NCBI GenBank assembly: GCA_001643675.2
Contig: LSRY02000011.1
Location: forward strand, 1,178,001-1,242,000
DNA from: Monocercomonoides exilis PA203
Taxonomy: Eukaryota > Protista > Preaxostyla
Direction: 5' to 3'
Length of the DNA: 64,000 nucleotides
Shown here: positions 11,745 through 22,025 of the stretch, piece by piece
Layout of the letters: every line of letters begins with the position of its first letter
How positions within the stretch are numbered: position 1 is the stretch's first letter
Program-made: the position numbers and the translations under genes
The notes under the pieces: model-generated
The model's database searches: none
What the model was told of the DNA's origin: nothing
What the model saw: only the letters and a program-made list of their open reading frames with translations

Positions 11745-14700
11745 TCATCCATTCTTTTTCTTCTCAACAAGCAAAATATCTTTTGAAACCTCACTTCCTT
11801 CCCTTCTTCCACTTCCATAATAGATCCTGACTGGCACAACGTCCATTGCATCTGTCATCGTCATCACCCATCCGCCTTTTCCATACATCCCAAACAGTTC
11901 CTTCTTCACATCCAGAAGCGTTGGCCTGCTTTCCACTTTCTGCGACAAGCAACTCAACACCAGATTGTGAAGTCTCGATTCATTCACACTTTCCAAGCTT
12001 GGCCTTTCACCACTGGATATCTTCTGCCCGGCAATCTCTGCCTCATACTCTCCAAATGGGATCTGCAGTGTCAGGCACTCCCACAGCATCATCCCAATCG
12101 AGAATACCACTGACTCCTTTGTTGCCCCCATCTTCTTGTTCATCAGCAGCTCAGGTGCCTTCCACCTCAAACACTCTTTTTTGAAGTCATCCTCATCCTC
12201 AAATGCTGATGAGGGGAGAGAGTTGTCATCATCATCACTGGCAGATGTCACAACAGTTGATGAAGAGATGGATGACGAATCTGAATCATCATCTAGCAAA
12301 ATATCAGAATGCATCACAATGCAGATGACCATATGCTCGGAGAACAGAACAATATGCGGACTCAGATTGGCAAGTGATTGAAGTTGAAATTCACATTCAT
12401 CAAATGAATGAAGCGCGAGATTTGCCACCCAGAACATGATCTGCGCAGCTGTTTGCTCCCTCTCTTGCAGAGTACCAATTGCTATCTCCTTTGTCTTGTT
12501 GCTTCCATGCAACAACATGAACAATGAATCCCTCAAATCCACAATCAATTTCTCATGAGGAGATGAACAGGCCATTGCATCCACTAGATTCGACATCGAT
12601 GAGGTGGTTGGGCACAGATCCTCTCTCCGAACAAAAGTGGATTCTGTGTCAGTTGTTGAAGTGGTTGAAGTGGATGAAATTGATGGAGATGGTGTTCGCT
12701 TTCTTGTATCTTCCTCTTCTTCCTCATCTTTCTCCAGCACCCATTCTGGGATCTTGTCTGAATCTCTTCCAAGGATGTATTCTGTTGATCCACTCTCAGA
12801 GAGAAGATGCTCTGATGACTCTGAATGTCCCAAACTTTTCTCATACACCCTCTTCTTGATCCTCTCTTCGTTTTTCTTCTCTGCTTCCCTCTCTGCTCTC
12901 CTCCACTGCTCCTCAGGTGACATCTCCATTGTAACCATCTCAATCAGTTTCGGGTCTTTCTTCACAGTGTCATTCACAATCCCTTCCAATTCTTCTGTAC
13001 GCCTTTTTTGCTTTCTCCATCGAACAATGAATACTATGGACACAACAAGGACAATCAAAAACAATACAGCAAATATCACAATCACAATCAACAGCCAAGA
13101 AGATTTCCCTTCTTTTCCCCCTTCAGCAATTCTATCATCTCCTTTGGCCTTGACTTCACTTCCATTTTTCAGAATGAAAGACTCAGTTGATGAAGGAGAA
13201 TCAGAATTTCCAAACACAATCCACACACTCACTTCTGTCTCTTCTCTCACTTTCTCCAGTTCTGAACGTGAAATAAATGTGTGAATCTCATTCTCTGACA
13301 CATAGCCTTCTTCGCCAATTCCCTTTCTCACTATTTCCTCTTCATCTCCATTTTTTATGCTAATCTTCACAGACAAATCACATGGCAGAAGCAGCTTCCC
13401 ATGAATGATCAACTCCAATTCACCTGATGGCTGGGTTGTATTCTTCACATCCTCCAGAACAGGAATAAAGAAGGGAGATGCTCTTTCAGCTGCTATCCCT
13501 CCCAATCTGCATCCCTCATCCAATATCCAAAGTGAAGAATTATCTTTCAATCCATCTCCACCTTTCACACTCACAACATCAAATTCCCCATTCCCTGTGC
13601 AGATAACATTCCTTCGAACTGATGGATATCCTACAATATCGGGGTTGTTGTTCTCGAATTCTCCCTTCTCAATAACAACACTTCCACCTGACAAAGACAG
13701 CCCTCCTTTCTTCGAGTTGCTGATTGTGGTGTATTTCATTGTCAGACTGCTTGAAATGGCATCCACAACTGATCCCTTCCACTTGCATACTTCTTCTGTT
13801 CTTCCATTTGTTTTCTTTTCTTCTCTTGCTTCTTCCTCCAAATCCCCAGAGAACCTGCACAGATCAAACCTCACATTGGCACAATTGCTCACCGACACAA
13901 TCGATCCTTTCTCCTTTGAGCTCAAACACTTTCCAAATGAACAGTTCGATAACACTTCATCCTTCGCCAAATTCTGCATTTTCACCACACATCCACTTCT
14001 TGAGAGAGTGATGTTCTGAACATCCAACTCCTTCATCTCCACTTCCGCTCTGTCTCCAACTTCAATCACGTTTCCCTCTGATTCCATATTATCAATTTTT
14101 GTTTCTGATATGGTTGCTTTCGATTCCCCAATGAATTCAATCAAAGGCACAGACAATTTCATTCTCGTGAACACACACTTGTCCATCTCCAGCTCTCCTC
14201 CTTCAACTCCCATTATTGTGCTGTGAATGGCCAACACAAATGCGGATGACAAACATTCGCACTCACTCATCTCTGTTGTCCCGTTCTTCACTTTCATTAT
14301 GCAGCTGTGACTCGATGAAAACTGTTCTCCAAACTCAAACGCACACCTCTCCACAACACACTCATTCACAAACACAATTACACTCCCTTCATTTCCCATC
14401 TCTTGAACAGTTGCATTGAAATGGATTGTCGCCTTCGCCTTCTTCATTGGCTTCACACTCACATCTCCCATCACACATTCTCCTCCAATGTCCCCTTCTC
14501 CATCAATAAAAATCACATTCATGATCCCCTTTTGAATGTGAGACACTCCGTGGCTGATGCTTTTGCATGGATTCGTCTGCTCTCCACACTGTCTGATATC
14601 CCTCCCATTCACACACACAAACACCTGCTGCCCATAATAGAATGTGACCAGCGGGATCAGATCAATATCTCTTTTCTCTTCGTCGCTTCCACAAATCGAG

Positions 14701-17700
14701 TTGTTCGACTTCAGAGCATCCTGGCTGAAGTCCAGCGAGAACAGCTTCTCATTGATCTGCTTTTCAATCCACTTGCACCGGATGAACACATCCTTCCCCA
14801 CAAATGCATCATTCATTGTGAATCTGGTGCTCTCGATCATTATCCCCAAAGGCAGTGCATCCTCTGTGTCTGCTTGTGCTTCGCCCAGGCCAGATGCATC
14901 TATCATCAGCCCTCCTCCTCTCCCCTTCACTATGGAACAAATACACATCCCAAACGAGCAGCCACTCACTTTCAGCTCACTTCCTCTGCTCCTCAGACTC
15001 ACTTTCATCCCTCCTCCCTCTTCACTCTTCTCGCTCAGACACTTTGTCATCACACACTTTTCCACACAGCACTTCATTCCACCATCAAATGAGTCACCAT
15101 TCAGAATTGCGGCTCTGCTATCATTGCATGTGATGCTTGTGAATGATGAGCTGTTGATGCTCAGCAACATCACCCCATCTCCATTCTCTTTGCCTCTCAG
15201 CATCGTTGCTCCTTTCAACAAGCTGGCTGATGAGAGAGCAGATTCACTGAGCGAAATCAGACTCCTTCCCGAAATGCTTGTGTTGGTGATTGACAGATTC
15301 ATCACATCTGCCACTTTCACATCTGAAGACAATTCCACAAAACCTTGTGAAAAATGGAATTCTTTCAGAGCGCAATCTTCAATTGCCACGCTCCCTCCAT
15401 CCACTTTCACCAAGCAGAAATCCGTTTCTTTTGAAGAATCCTCACAAACAAATGAGCAGCTTTTCACAGAAAGGGAGCCATTCATTGATGATGATTTGAG
15501 GAATGCCAGATGGTGGGCAAGCACATTTGGAAGAGAAAATGAAATATTCACAAATGAGAGGATCACTTCTGAAGCAACCATCGCCTCTCCATTTTCTCCA
15601 TCTGTTTCCTTCTCTTCTGCAATCCTCAAAACTGTTCCATTTATCTCTCCTTCAACCTTCACAACTGGTGTATCTGATGATGATGATGATGATGAAAATG
15701 ATATTGAACTTCGAAGCAATCCTGAGCCTGACACAATAATCTTTGATTCTTCTGCTTCAAGTGTTGTGTATCTCAATGAAACAAGATGATCAATTGACGA
15801 ACAAGGTGCTTCGGAATACCCACAGCCACTGAAATCTTTTCCACTTTCAAAAGTGACAAACCCATCCCCACTCCAATTATGCCACAAATACACAACCAGT
15901 GGAATCACATATCCCTCCTCTCCTGTTGTCTTCCTCTCCCATCCACACAACTCATCCAATGATCCCAACTCCTCTGAACTCATCTCCCATTTGAAGTTCT
16001 CTTTGTTCACAATCTCACTCAGATTCCATCCAGAAACAAATGCATTCTTCCCCTTCCAGGCATTGCATCTCTCAAATGTCATTCCTTCCAAAATGAATGT
16101 TCCCAATTGATTGGGAAGCTCAACAAACATTCCTCCTCCCATTCCTCTCCCCACCTCATCACTCTCACCTGATGGCACTTCACATCCTTCAAACTTCACT
16201 TCCTTCATCTTCAAGCTCCCTCCACTTCCAACAGACATCATCATCCCTCCTCCTCCTCCATTTGAGTCTGCCTCATTCTCTGCCTTGCAACCATCAAATG
16301 TGGTTGACCCATTGATCACAACCTCTTCATCTTTGCCGATCGAAATCTTCATTCCTCCACCACAACCGTCTTTCTCCTCAACACCACACTCACTGAATGT
16401 GCAATTCGTGATTATTATGATTTCAACAATAGAAGTGCCAGAATTCTCGTTTTCCTTTTTGTCACAGCTCCTTTCGAAACAGCTTCCTCCTCCATTTCTC
16501 CTCGAAATTCCTGTGAGAACACAATTTGAAAATTCAGCTGAACTTTCTCCGGCACATCTGATTATTGGATCTGACAAGGTATTCATTGGCACTTTGTTTG
16601 AGAAGCCTGTCATGTGCAGAACTCCTCCATCAATCTGAAAAACACAGAATTCGATTTCATTCAGTGAGTTTCCGATGACAGGCTCAATTGAGCAATCACT
16701 GACATTCAATGCATTCGAAGAGGAAAGGATGAATGAAGAGGCTGGAGAAAGTGCTGATGGAAGCGAAAAGCACATATCTTTCAGTAATGCTGCTGATGAA
16801 ACTCTGATCAAACATTCTGAGTCAAACTGAAGAGCAGGAGGCGCAACAACCTCAACCGCAGTGTCTCCAATTGTGCCTGTCACATTCCAAAACTGGCTCT
16901 CCATCACAACCTCTTCACAGAGCACAAATCCATTTTTGATTCGGATTGTTCGTGGCACAGCCCCATACCACAACTCAACCACTCTCTTGATCGATGAGCA
17001 CGGATACTGCTCCAATCCACATCTGCTGAAGTCCATGCTTTTCTCTCCTCCCACAAATCCAACATCCCCTGCTTCCATCAAATATGGAAGAAGTGGCACA
17101 CACTCCTCCCTGCACCCATCCTCAAATCCCAACAAGTCATCGTCTGTCATGCCCTCATGCTCAAAGCCAAATGTGATGCGACTCACAACATCTCTCAGGC
17201 ACTGTGTATTCACAAATACGTTGTTCCCTTTTTCTGCCTGGCAATCCTCAAAACGAGCACAATGGATGCAAAAAGCACAACTCTCATCAACAACATCCAG
17301 ATAAAGAGCTCCACCATATCCTCCAACTCCATTTCCCTTCCCCACACAGCTGCAACTGCTGAATGTCACACATTCCATATTCTCATCAGCACACTCACTT
17401 GAGACATTCCCGATCTCCATCTTCGAGCCTTCATCCTGTTGAATCCACATCCCACCTCCACACCCATCCTCACACCCGCAGTTCCTCATCATTCCCCCTG
17501 AAATATTCACATTCATCCCATTCGCCAGATTCCCACAAATCACACTCCCATCCCCACTCGCTCGAGAAATCCCATATGCATCAACATTGTTCATCTGGAA
17601 AGACAGTGAGCTTTCGCCTGTGATATCGAATGCTGGTACAGATGAAAATGATATTCCACTGATCTCAACAGAATCAAAACTGACAGACCCCTTTTGGACA

Positions 17701-19886
17701 ATCATCAGCGATGCCGTTAAAACACAGCTTTCTTCATCACTCAATGTGGTGATCACACACTCAACCAATTTCAACATCCCTTCTTCTGCCAACACTTCCA
17801 TCAGATGAGACGATGGATTCTCTCCACAAGCAAATGTGATTTTTCTGAAACTTCCCACTCCAGCTCCAATGGCCACCAACGATTCTCCATTTGGTGATCT
17901 GTTGCGAACAACCACTTGTGCTTTGTCTTTCCCCTCAAATGCAATCCTCATTTTTCCAACATCAATTTTGTTTTCTTCATAATTCCCTTTTTCAACGATC
18001 ACTTCATTGCTGCTTCCTTCACCATCCAGCACACTCATTCCAAACTCGATTGTTTTGCATCTCCTTCCATATTCATCTCCTGCTCTCACAAACCCACAGG
18101 CCATGTGATCCAACCCTTCCTGTGAGTTCACAAACACTGGGTTGAAGAAAACTTTTGGAATCCAGTCATCGTGTTCTGTTGTTCCAATAACCACTCGATT
18201 GCTGTTTGCAGCTGTGCTTGAACGGCAAAACACAAACGAATTTTCGGTGATGTTTGTCCACCCATCATGAACATAAACATCATGGCCAATATTTGCAGCT
18301 GTGTTGTTTGAAAAGAAGCAAAACACAATCTGAATGTCGCTCACTCCTGTCCCATTGGTCCATCCCAGTCCTGCCCCATTTCTTTCGCTGTATCCACCAC
18401 AAATTGAACAATCAGTGAAAATGGCAGTAACATTATTGAAGAAGCCAATGCTTCCCCCTTCATCGAAAAGTGATATGTTCTTTCTGCAGCAAAAAAAGTT
18501 GCATCTTTCAACAATTCCCTGATGTTCGTTTTTATCGATCAATATCCCACCTCCAATATGTTTTGTTGAACTATTCGAACAATTGATACAATTCATACAA
18601 AAAGTTGAAACATAGAAAAAATCAATGCATCCACCAGAAGCTTCAGCTGTGCAAGAATCAAATACGGAAGATGCGATGACAAAATTTTTTCCGTTCATTC
18701 TGGATGAAATGGCTCCACCACAATAACTGCTATGACATGAATGAAAATTGCACAAGGTGACATTTAAGAGTCCGGAAGAAGTGAAAAAAATGGCTCCCCC
18801 ATTTGTGTTTGATGCTCCAACAGAAGAAAGGTTGTTGAAATCACAATCCACAAATGTTGCATCACCTGAGTCGATAATTTTCCTTTTCATAGTTTTGTTT
18901 CCAACCACTGGATCTGCATTTTCTCTCCGAATGCATTGTGAATACGACGAATTCAGAGCCAAAAAGTGATTATGTTCTGATCGCATCCCTTCAACCAGTC
19001 CTCCTCCAAGTGGTGAATCAACTTTTTCCACAAAACATCCCTCGAAACGATATTCATTTTCTGAATTGCCCATTGAACATCGATTGCTTTGGCCTCTCGC
19101 ACTTTGTGAGATGTTTGCAAAATGGCAGGTGCAAACTGCTATTTCCCTTATGTCTGTGCTTGCCAAAAGGGAAATTGATCTTCCCAAAGCAAATGAAGAA
19201 AAATCAGAATCAAACATCTTCAAATTCTTATTCTTTTGTTCAAAACCCTTTCCGTCGCAACAAACAAGCGGTTCACAAATTTCTGCAAATTGGTTGACAC
19301 AATAAGAAATGTTACTCAAAACCAGATGACCTTCATTCAACTTCAACAAATGACCACCTGACATTCCATGATCATGCACAGAGCAGCAATGGACAAGAAC
19401 GATGGACAAGCTGTTGACGAGAATCATCGATCTTCTCTTTTCTTTGATGAACACCAAATATTTCATCTCACAACTCGAATTTCCAAAGTTCACCATCGTC
19501 CTCACAGTGGATCTTGGATTGTGAAAAACTCTTTTCGAATCACAAATGATCTTCAACTGGCTCTTCTCATTCTTCAAATGGCAATTCATATCGTTTGGTT
19601 CACTTCTTTTCTCTTTTGAATCCTTTTCACTCTCCTTCAATATCATCCTCGTTTCTGTAGAATCTTCACAAATGATCTCATCTTCTTTAAGACTATTTCT
19701 TGAATTTTGTCTGTTGTGAGCACATCCAAATGGAGTTTCCATTATTTGCTCGTTAGTCGATTCTTGTTTCCTGATATGAATAAATTGGGCATCTTCAGTG
19801 GATGTCAAGTCAGAGTGTTCGCGTTTGTGAGATGACTCAAAGCTGTTCAACAGCACAATCAACGCAAACACAAACATCAAATTCAT
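11745..19886 (-). CDS. Giant single-pass receptor-like protein: signal peptide, tandem Cys-capped right-handed beta-helix-like modules, TM helix, degenerate tyrosine-kinase-like C-lobe; single exon
   Basis: First ATG at 19886 gives hydrophobic MNLMFVFALIVLLNS. Repeated GGAI/GGG(M/L) and FxxC motifs, and four D-x3-CG-x(n)-C-x-[ST]I caps. TM WLLIVIVIFAVLFLIVLVVSIVFIV followed by RWRKQKRR. Tail contains LRWKAPE, VFSIGMMLWECLTLQIPF, GERP and RPTL. Confidence 0.85.
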   Translation of the reverse strand: MNLMFVFALIVLLNSFESSHKREHSDLTSTEDAQFIHIRKQESTNEQIMETPFGCAHNRQNSRNSLKEDEIICEDSTETRMILKESEKDSKEKRSEPNDMNCHLKNEKSQLKIICDSKRVFHNPRSTVRTMVNFGNSSCEMKYLVFIKEKRRSMILVNSLSIVLVHCCSVHDHGMSGGHLLKLNEGHLVLSNISYCVNQFAEICEPLVCCDGKGFEQKNKNLKMFDSDFSSFALGRSISLLASTDIREIAVCTCHFANISQSARGQSNRCSMGNSENEYRFEGCFVEKVDSPLGGGLVEGMRSEHNHFLALNSSYSQCIRRENADPVVGNKTMKRKIIDSGDATFVDCDFNNLSSVGASNTNGGAIFFTSSGLLNVTLCNFHSCHSSYCGGAISSRMNGKNFVIASSVFDSCTAEASGGCIDFFYVSTFCMNCINCSNSSTKHIGGGILIDKNEHQGIVERCNFFCCRKNISLFDEGGSIGFFNNVTAIFTDCSICGGYSERNGAGLGWTNGTGVSDIQIVFCFFSNNTAANIGHDVYVHDGWTNITENSFVFCRSSTAANSNRVVIGTTEHDDWIPKVFFNPVFVNSQEGLDHMACGFVRAGDEYGRRCKTIEFGMSVLDGEGSSNEVIVEKGNYEENKIDVGKMRIAFEGKDKAQVVVRNRSPNGESLVAIGAGVGSFRKITFACGENPSSHLMEVLAEEGMLKLVECVITTLSDEESCVLTASLMIVQKGSVSFDSVEISGISFSSVPAFDITGESSLSFQMNNVDAYGISRASGDGSVICGNLANGMNVNISGGMMRNCGCEDGCGGGMWIQQDEGSKMEIGNVSSECADENMECVTFSSCSCVGKGNGVGGYGGALYLDVVDESCAFCIHCARFEDCQAEKGNNVFVNTQCLRDVVSRITFGFEHEGMTDDDLLGFEDGCREECVPLLPYLMEAGDVGFVGGEKSMDFSRCGLEQYPCSSIKRVVELWYGAVPRTIRIKNGFVLCEEVVMESQFWNVTGTIGDTAVEVVAPPALQFDSECLIRVSSAALLKDMCFSLPSALSPASSFILSSSNALNVSDCSIEPVIGNSLNEIEFCVFQIDGGVLHMTGFSNKVPMNTLSDPIIRCAGESSAEFSNCVLTGISRRNGGGSCFERSCDKKENENSGTSIVEIIIITNCTFSECGVEEKDGCGGGMKISIGKDEEVVINGSTTFDGCKAENEADSNGGGGGMMMSVGSGGSLKMKEVKFEGCEVPSGESDEVGRGMGGGMFVELPNQLGTFILEGMTFERCNAWKGKNAFVSGWNLSEIVNKENFKWEMSSEELGSLDELCGWERKTTGEEGYVIPLVVYLWHNWSGDGFVTFESGKDFSGCGYSEAPCSSIDHLVSLRYTTLEAEESKIIVSGSGLLRSSISFSSSSSSSDTPVVKVEGEINGTVLRIAEEKETDGENGEAMVASEVILSFVNISFSLPNVLAHHLAFLKSSSMNGSLSVKSCSFVCEDSSKETDFCLVKVDGGSVAIEDCALKEFHFSQGFVELSSDVKVADVMNLSITNTSISGRSLISLSESALSSASLLKGATMLRGKENGDGVMLLSINSSSFTSITCNDSRAAILNGDSFDGGMKCCVEKCVMTKCLSEKSEEGGGMKVSLRSRGSELKVSGCSFGMCICSIVKGRGGGLMIDASGLGEAQADTEDALPLGIMIESTRFTMNDAFVGKDVFIRCKWIEKQINEKLFSLDFSQDALKSNNSICGSDEEKRDIDLIPLVTFYYGQQVFVCVNGRDIRQCGEQTNPCKSISHGVSHIQKGIMNVIFIDGEGDIGGECVMGDVSVKPMKKAKATIHFNATVQEMGNEGSVIVFVNECVVERCAFEFGEQFSSSHSCIMKVKNGTTEMSECECLSSAFVLAIHSTIMGVEGGELEMDKCVFTRMKLSVPLIEFIGESKATISETKIDNMESEGNVIEVGDRAEVEMKELDVQNITLSRSGCVVKMQNLAKDEVLSNCSFGKCLSSKEKGSIVSVSNCANVRFDLCRFSGDLEEEAREEKKTNGRTEEVCKWKGSVVDAISSSLTMKYTTISNSKKGGLSLSGGSVVIEKGEFENNNPDIVGYPSVRRNVICTGNGEFDVVSVKGGDGLKDNSSLWILDEGCRLGGIAAERASPFFIPVLEDVKNTTQPSGELELIIHGKLLLPCDLSVKISIKNGDEEEIVRKGIGEEGYVSENEIHTFISRSELEKVREETEVSVWIVFGNSDSPSSTESFILKNGSEVKAKGDDRIAEGGKEGKSSWLLIVIVIFAVLFLIVLVVSIVFIVRWRKQKRRTEELEGIVNDTVKKDPKLIEMVTMEMSPEEQWRRAEREAEKKNEERIKKRVYEKSLGHSESSEHLLSESGSTEYILGRDSDKIPEWVLEKDEEEEEDTRKRTPSPSISSTSTTSTTDTESTFVRREDLCPTTSSMSNLVDAMACSSPHEKLIVDLRDSLFMLLHGSNKTKEIAIGTLQEREQTAAQIMFWVANLALHSFDECEFQLQSLANLSPHIVLFSEHMVICIVMHSDILLDDDSDSSSISSSTVVTSASDDDDNSLPSSAFEDEDDFKKECLRWKAPELLMNKKMGATKESVVFSIGMMLWECLTLQIPFGEYEAEIAGQKISSGERPSLESVNESRLHNLVLSCLSQKVESRPTLLDVKKELFGMYGKGGWVMTMTDAMDVVPVRIYYGSGRREGSEVSKDILLVEKKKNG

Positions 19887-21277
19887 TGTGAATGTGAGTA
19901 TGGGTTTCAAATGTTTTTTCAATCAAACAATTTTTGGCAATGCTTGAGCATCTTTTCTTATTTGACACTCATCGTTGTGCAATAAACATATTTAATCAGA
20001 TGAACCTTAATAAAGAACTTCTGATCCATTTATATAATAACAGTTATTGTTTTCCTGATTTCTGTTCTTTCTTTGCATTTGTTTGAGAATGAATGAAAAG
20101 CGCTCAAAAATGAATTTGTTGTCCAAAAACATTTTGTTGTGCATTTGAAAGCGTTTCATTTCATGGTTTCATTTTGAGTGCGTGCAGAATGTGGAACGAT
20201 GAAGTGTTTTGTTGTTTGGATGTTGTTTGAAACAAATTGAACGCTCATTTTGAAATTCACAACCCACAAACATGACGATCTCGAAACATTTCAGAAAGCC
20301 AATCTCCATTTTCATTTTTCACTGGAAATCATATGATTTTATTGTGGAATTCTTATCTTTTTGACTTGAGAGGAATCATCACAAAAGCCCGCCAAAAAGC
20401 GTAATGCCTTCCAATTTATCGAATTGTTTTTCCAATGATGATGAAAGCAGAGTTCATCGCAGTTTGCAATGACGACTTCAACAGTTACAGAGCATTTTAA
20501 AAAGAAAACTCACTTACGTTTGCAAATACGAATGAAAAACAAATACGACCAATGCCATTTGATGAAGTTTCTTAGAAGGAATGCACAAAGATTTTCGATT
20601 TGAGACATTGAAGAACTCCGTTTCAACTCATCCTCATGCCTTCAAACAGAAGCGCAAAGATACTTCGAGCTCATCATCTTTGACAAATATTCTTCGTTGT
20701 TTGTCTCTTCTTCTTTCTTCTTCTTCTTTTTTGAAAAAGAATAACTCTGCTTTTTTGTATTTTTTTTTCTGTTGAATCGTCCAATGCAGCATTTCATCCA
20801 CTTTTTATTCTTTGAAAAGAAAAATCAGTTGAGATATCATTCTTGTTATTTTTTCGATTCAGTCGCTTTTAATGGAATCAATGATGTTCAAAACTGTGAG
20901 AATTTTTATTGAGTGAGCAAATAAAAAAGCCAAAACCAAGCTGAAATTTTTATTGAGAAAAGAGGTGAGATATGAATAATTTGAACTCTCATTTTTAGTT
21001 TTTGAAAAAACAATATGACAGTTAAATCTGAATTTTCAGAATGTTCTGTGAACTTTTTCACAACGACACAATTTCCATGGTTGAAGTATTTTTTTGAATG
21101 ATTTTTTCTTTTTTCTTGAAAATTATTTCTATTCTCTCTTTTCAAATATAAAAAATAAATGATTTTTTTTTCAATCTTTTCTTTACAGTATTTTTCTCAT
21201 TCAAAGAAAATCTCAAATTTTAATTATTGTTGCGAGTTGACAACTTCAAAAATTACACTCATTTATTATAATAGTTA

Positions 21278-22025
21278 CACCAAAAATAATTCTTATTTGA
21301 AAAAAACAATTTATTTTCAAAAATTGAAAATTCAATTTCAAAATTAATGTTTCAATTTCGAAAAAAAATAATTCGAATTCGGAAATTAATAATTCAATTT
21401 AGTAATTTATTAATTCGATTTCGAAAAAGAATAATTCAATTACGAAAATGATTATTTCAATTTCGAAATTCATTATAAACTGAAATTTTAAATTTCACTC
21501 GAGAATGGATTTCAGAAAAGTTCAAGTTATTTTTTAATTAATCACATTTTATTACTCATAGAAAACTGTTTTTTTATAACAACAATCAATAAATCAATTT
21601 TAAAAAAATTTTTTTCATTTTCGAAAATCATCACTCAAATAATAATAATTTAATAAAAATTCATTCTATTGAATAACCAAATAAAAATTGAAAGAATTTA
21701 ATCACGATTATTGAATTATTTCTTCATAATAATAATTTCAATCAAAAAATCTTCATTCAAAATGAAAGAAAATTTTTTAATGAAAATGCATCATTTTTCA
21801 AATATTGATAAACAAAATTTGCTGATGAGATAAAAATATAAAGAACTTAAAACCCCAAACACAAGTTATTCATTCCACAAATTTTAAAAAATTCACGTTT
21901 CGAAATTAAATAATTTTTTTTCGAATTCGAATTATTAATTCCGAATTTGAATTATTAATTTTCGAATTTGAAATATTAATTCCGAATTCGAATTATTCTT
22001 TTTCGAATTTGAATTATTTTTGGTG
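21278..22025. mobile_element. Non-autonomous TIR element (748 bp) with TA flanks and subterminal arrays of ~20-21-bp repeats
   Basis: TA|CACCAAAAATAATTC ... GAATTATTTTTGGTG|TA, a perfect 15-bp TIR. Tandem (TTCGAATT.GAATTATT...)-type units occur in opposite orientation in each arm. Confidence 0.8.

Noticed and set aside
4116-19619. Many plus-strand ORFs overlapping the two giant genes
   Set aside because: Antisense shadows of low-complexity or GC-richer coding sequence, with no motifs.
21340-22020. Possible CRISPR or iteron array
   Set aside because: No spacers; the arrays are mirrored subterminal repeats of a TIR element.
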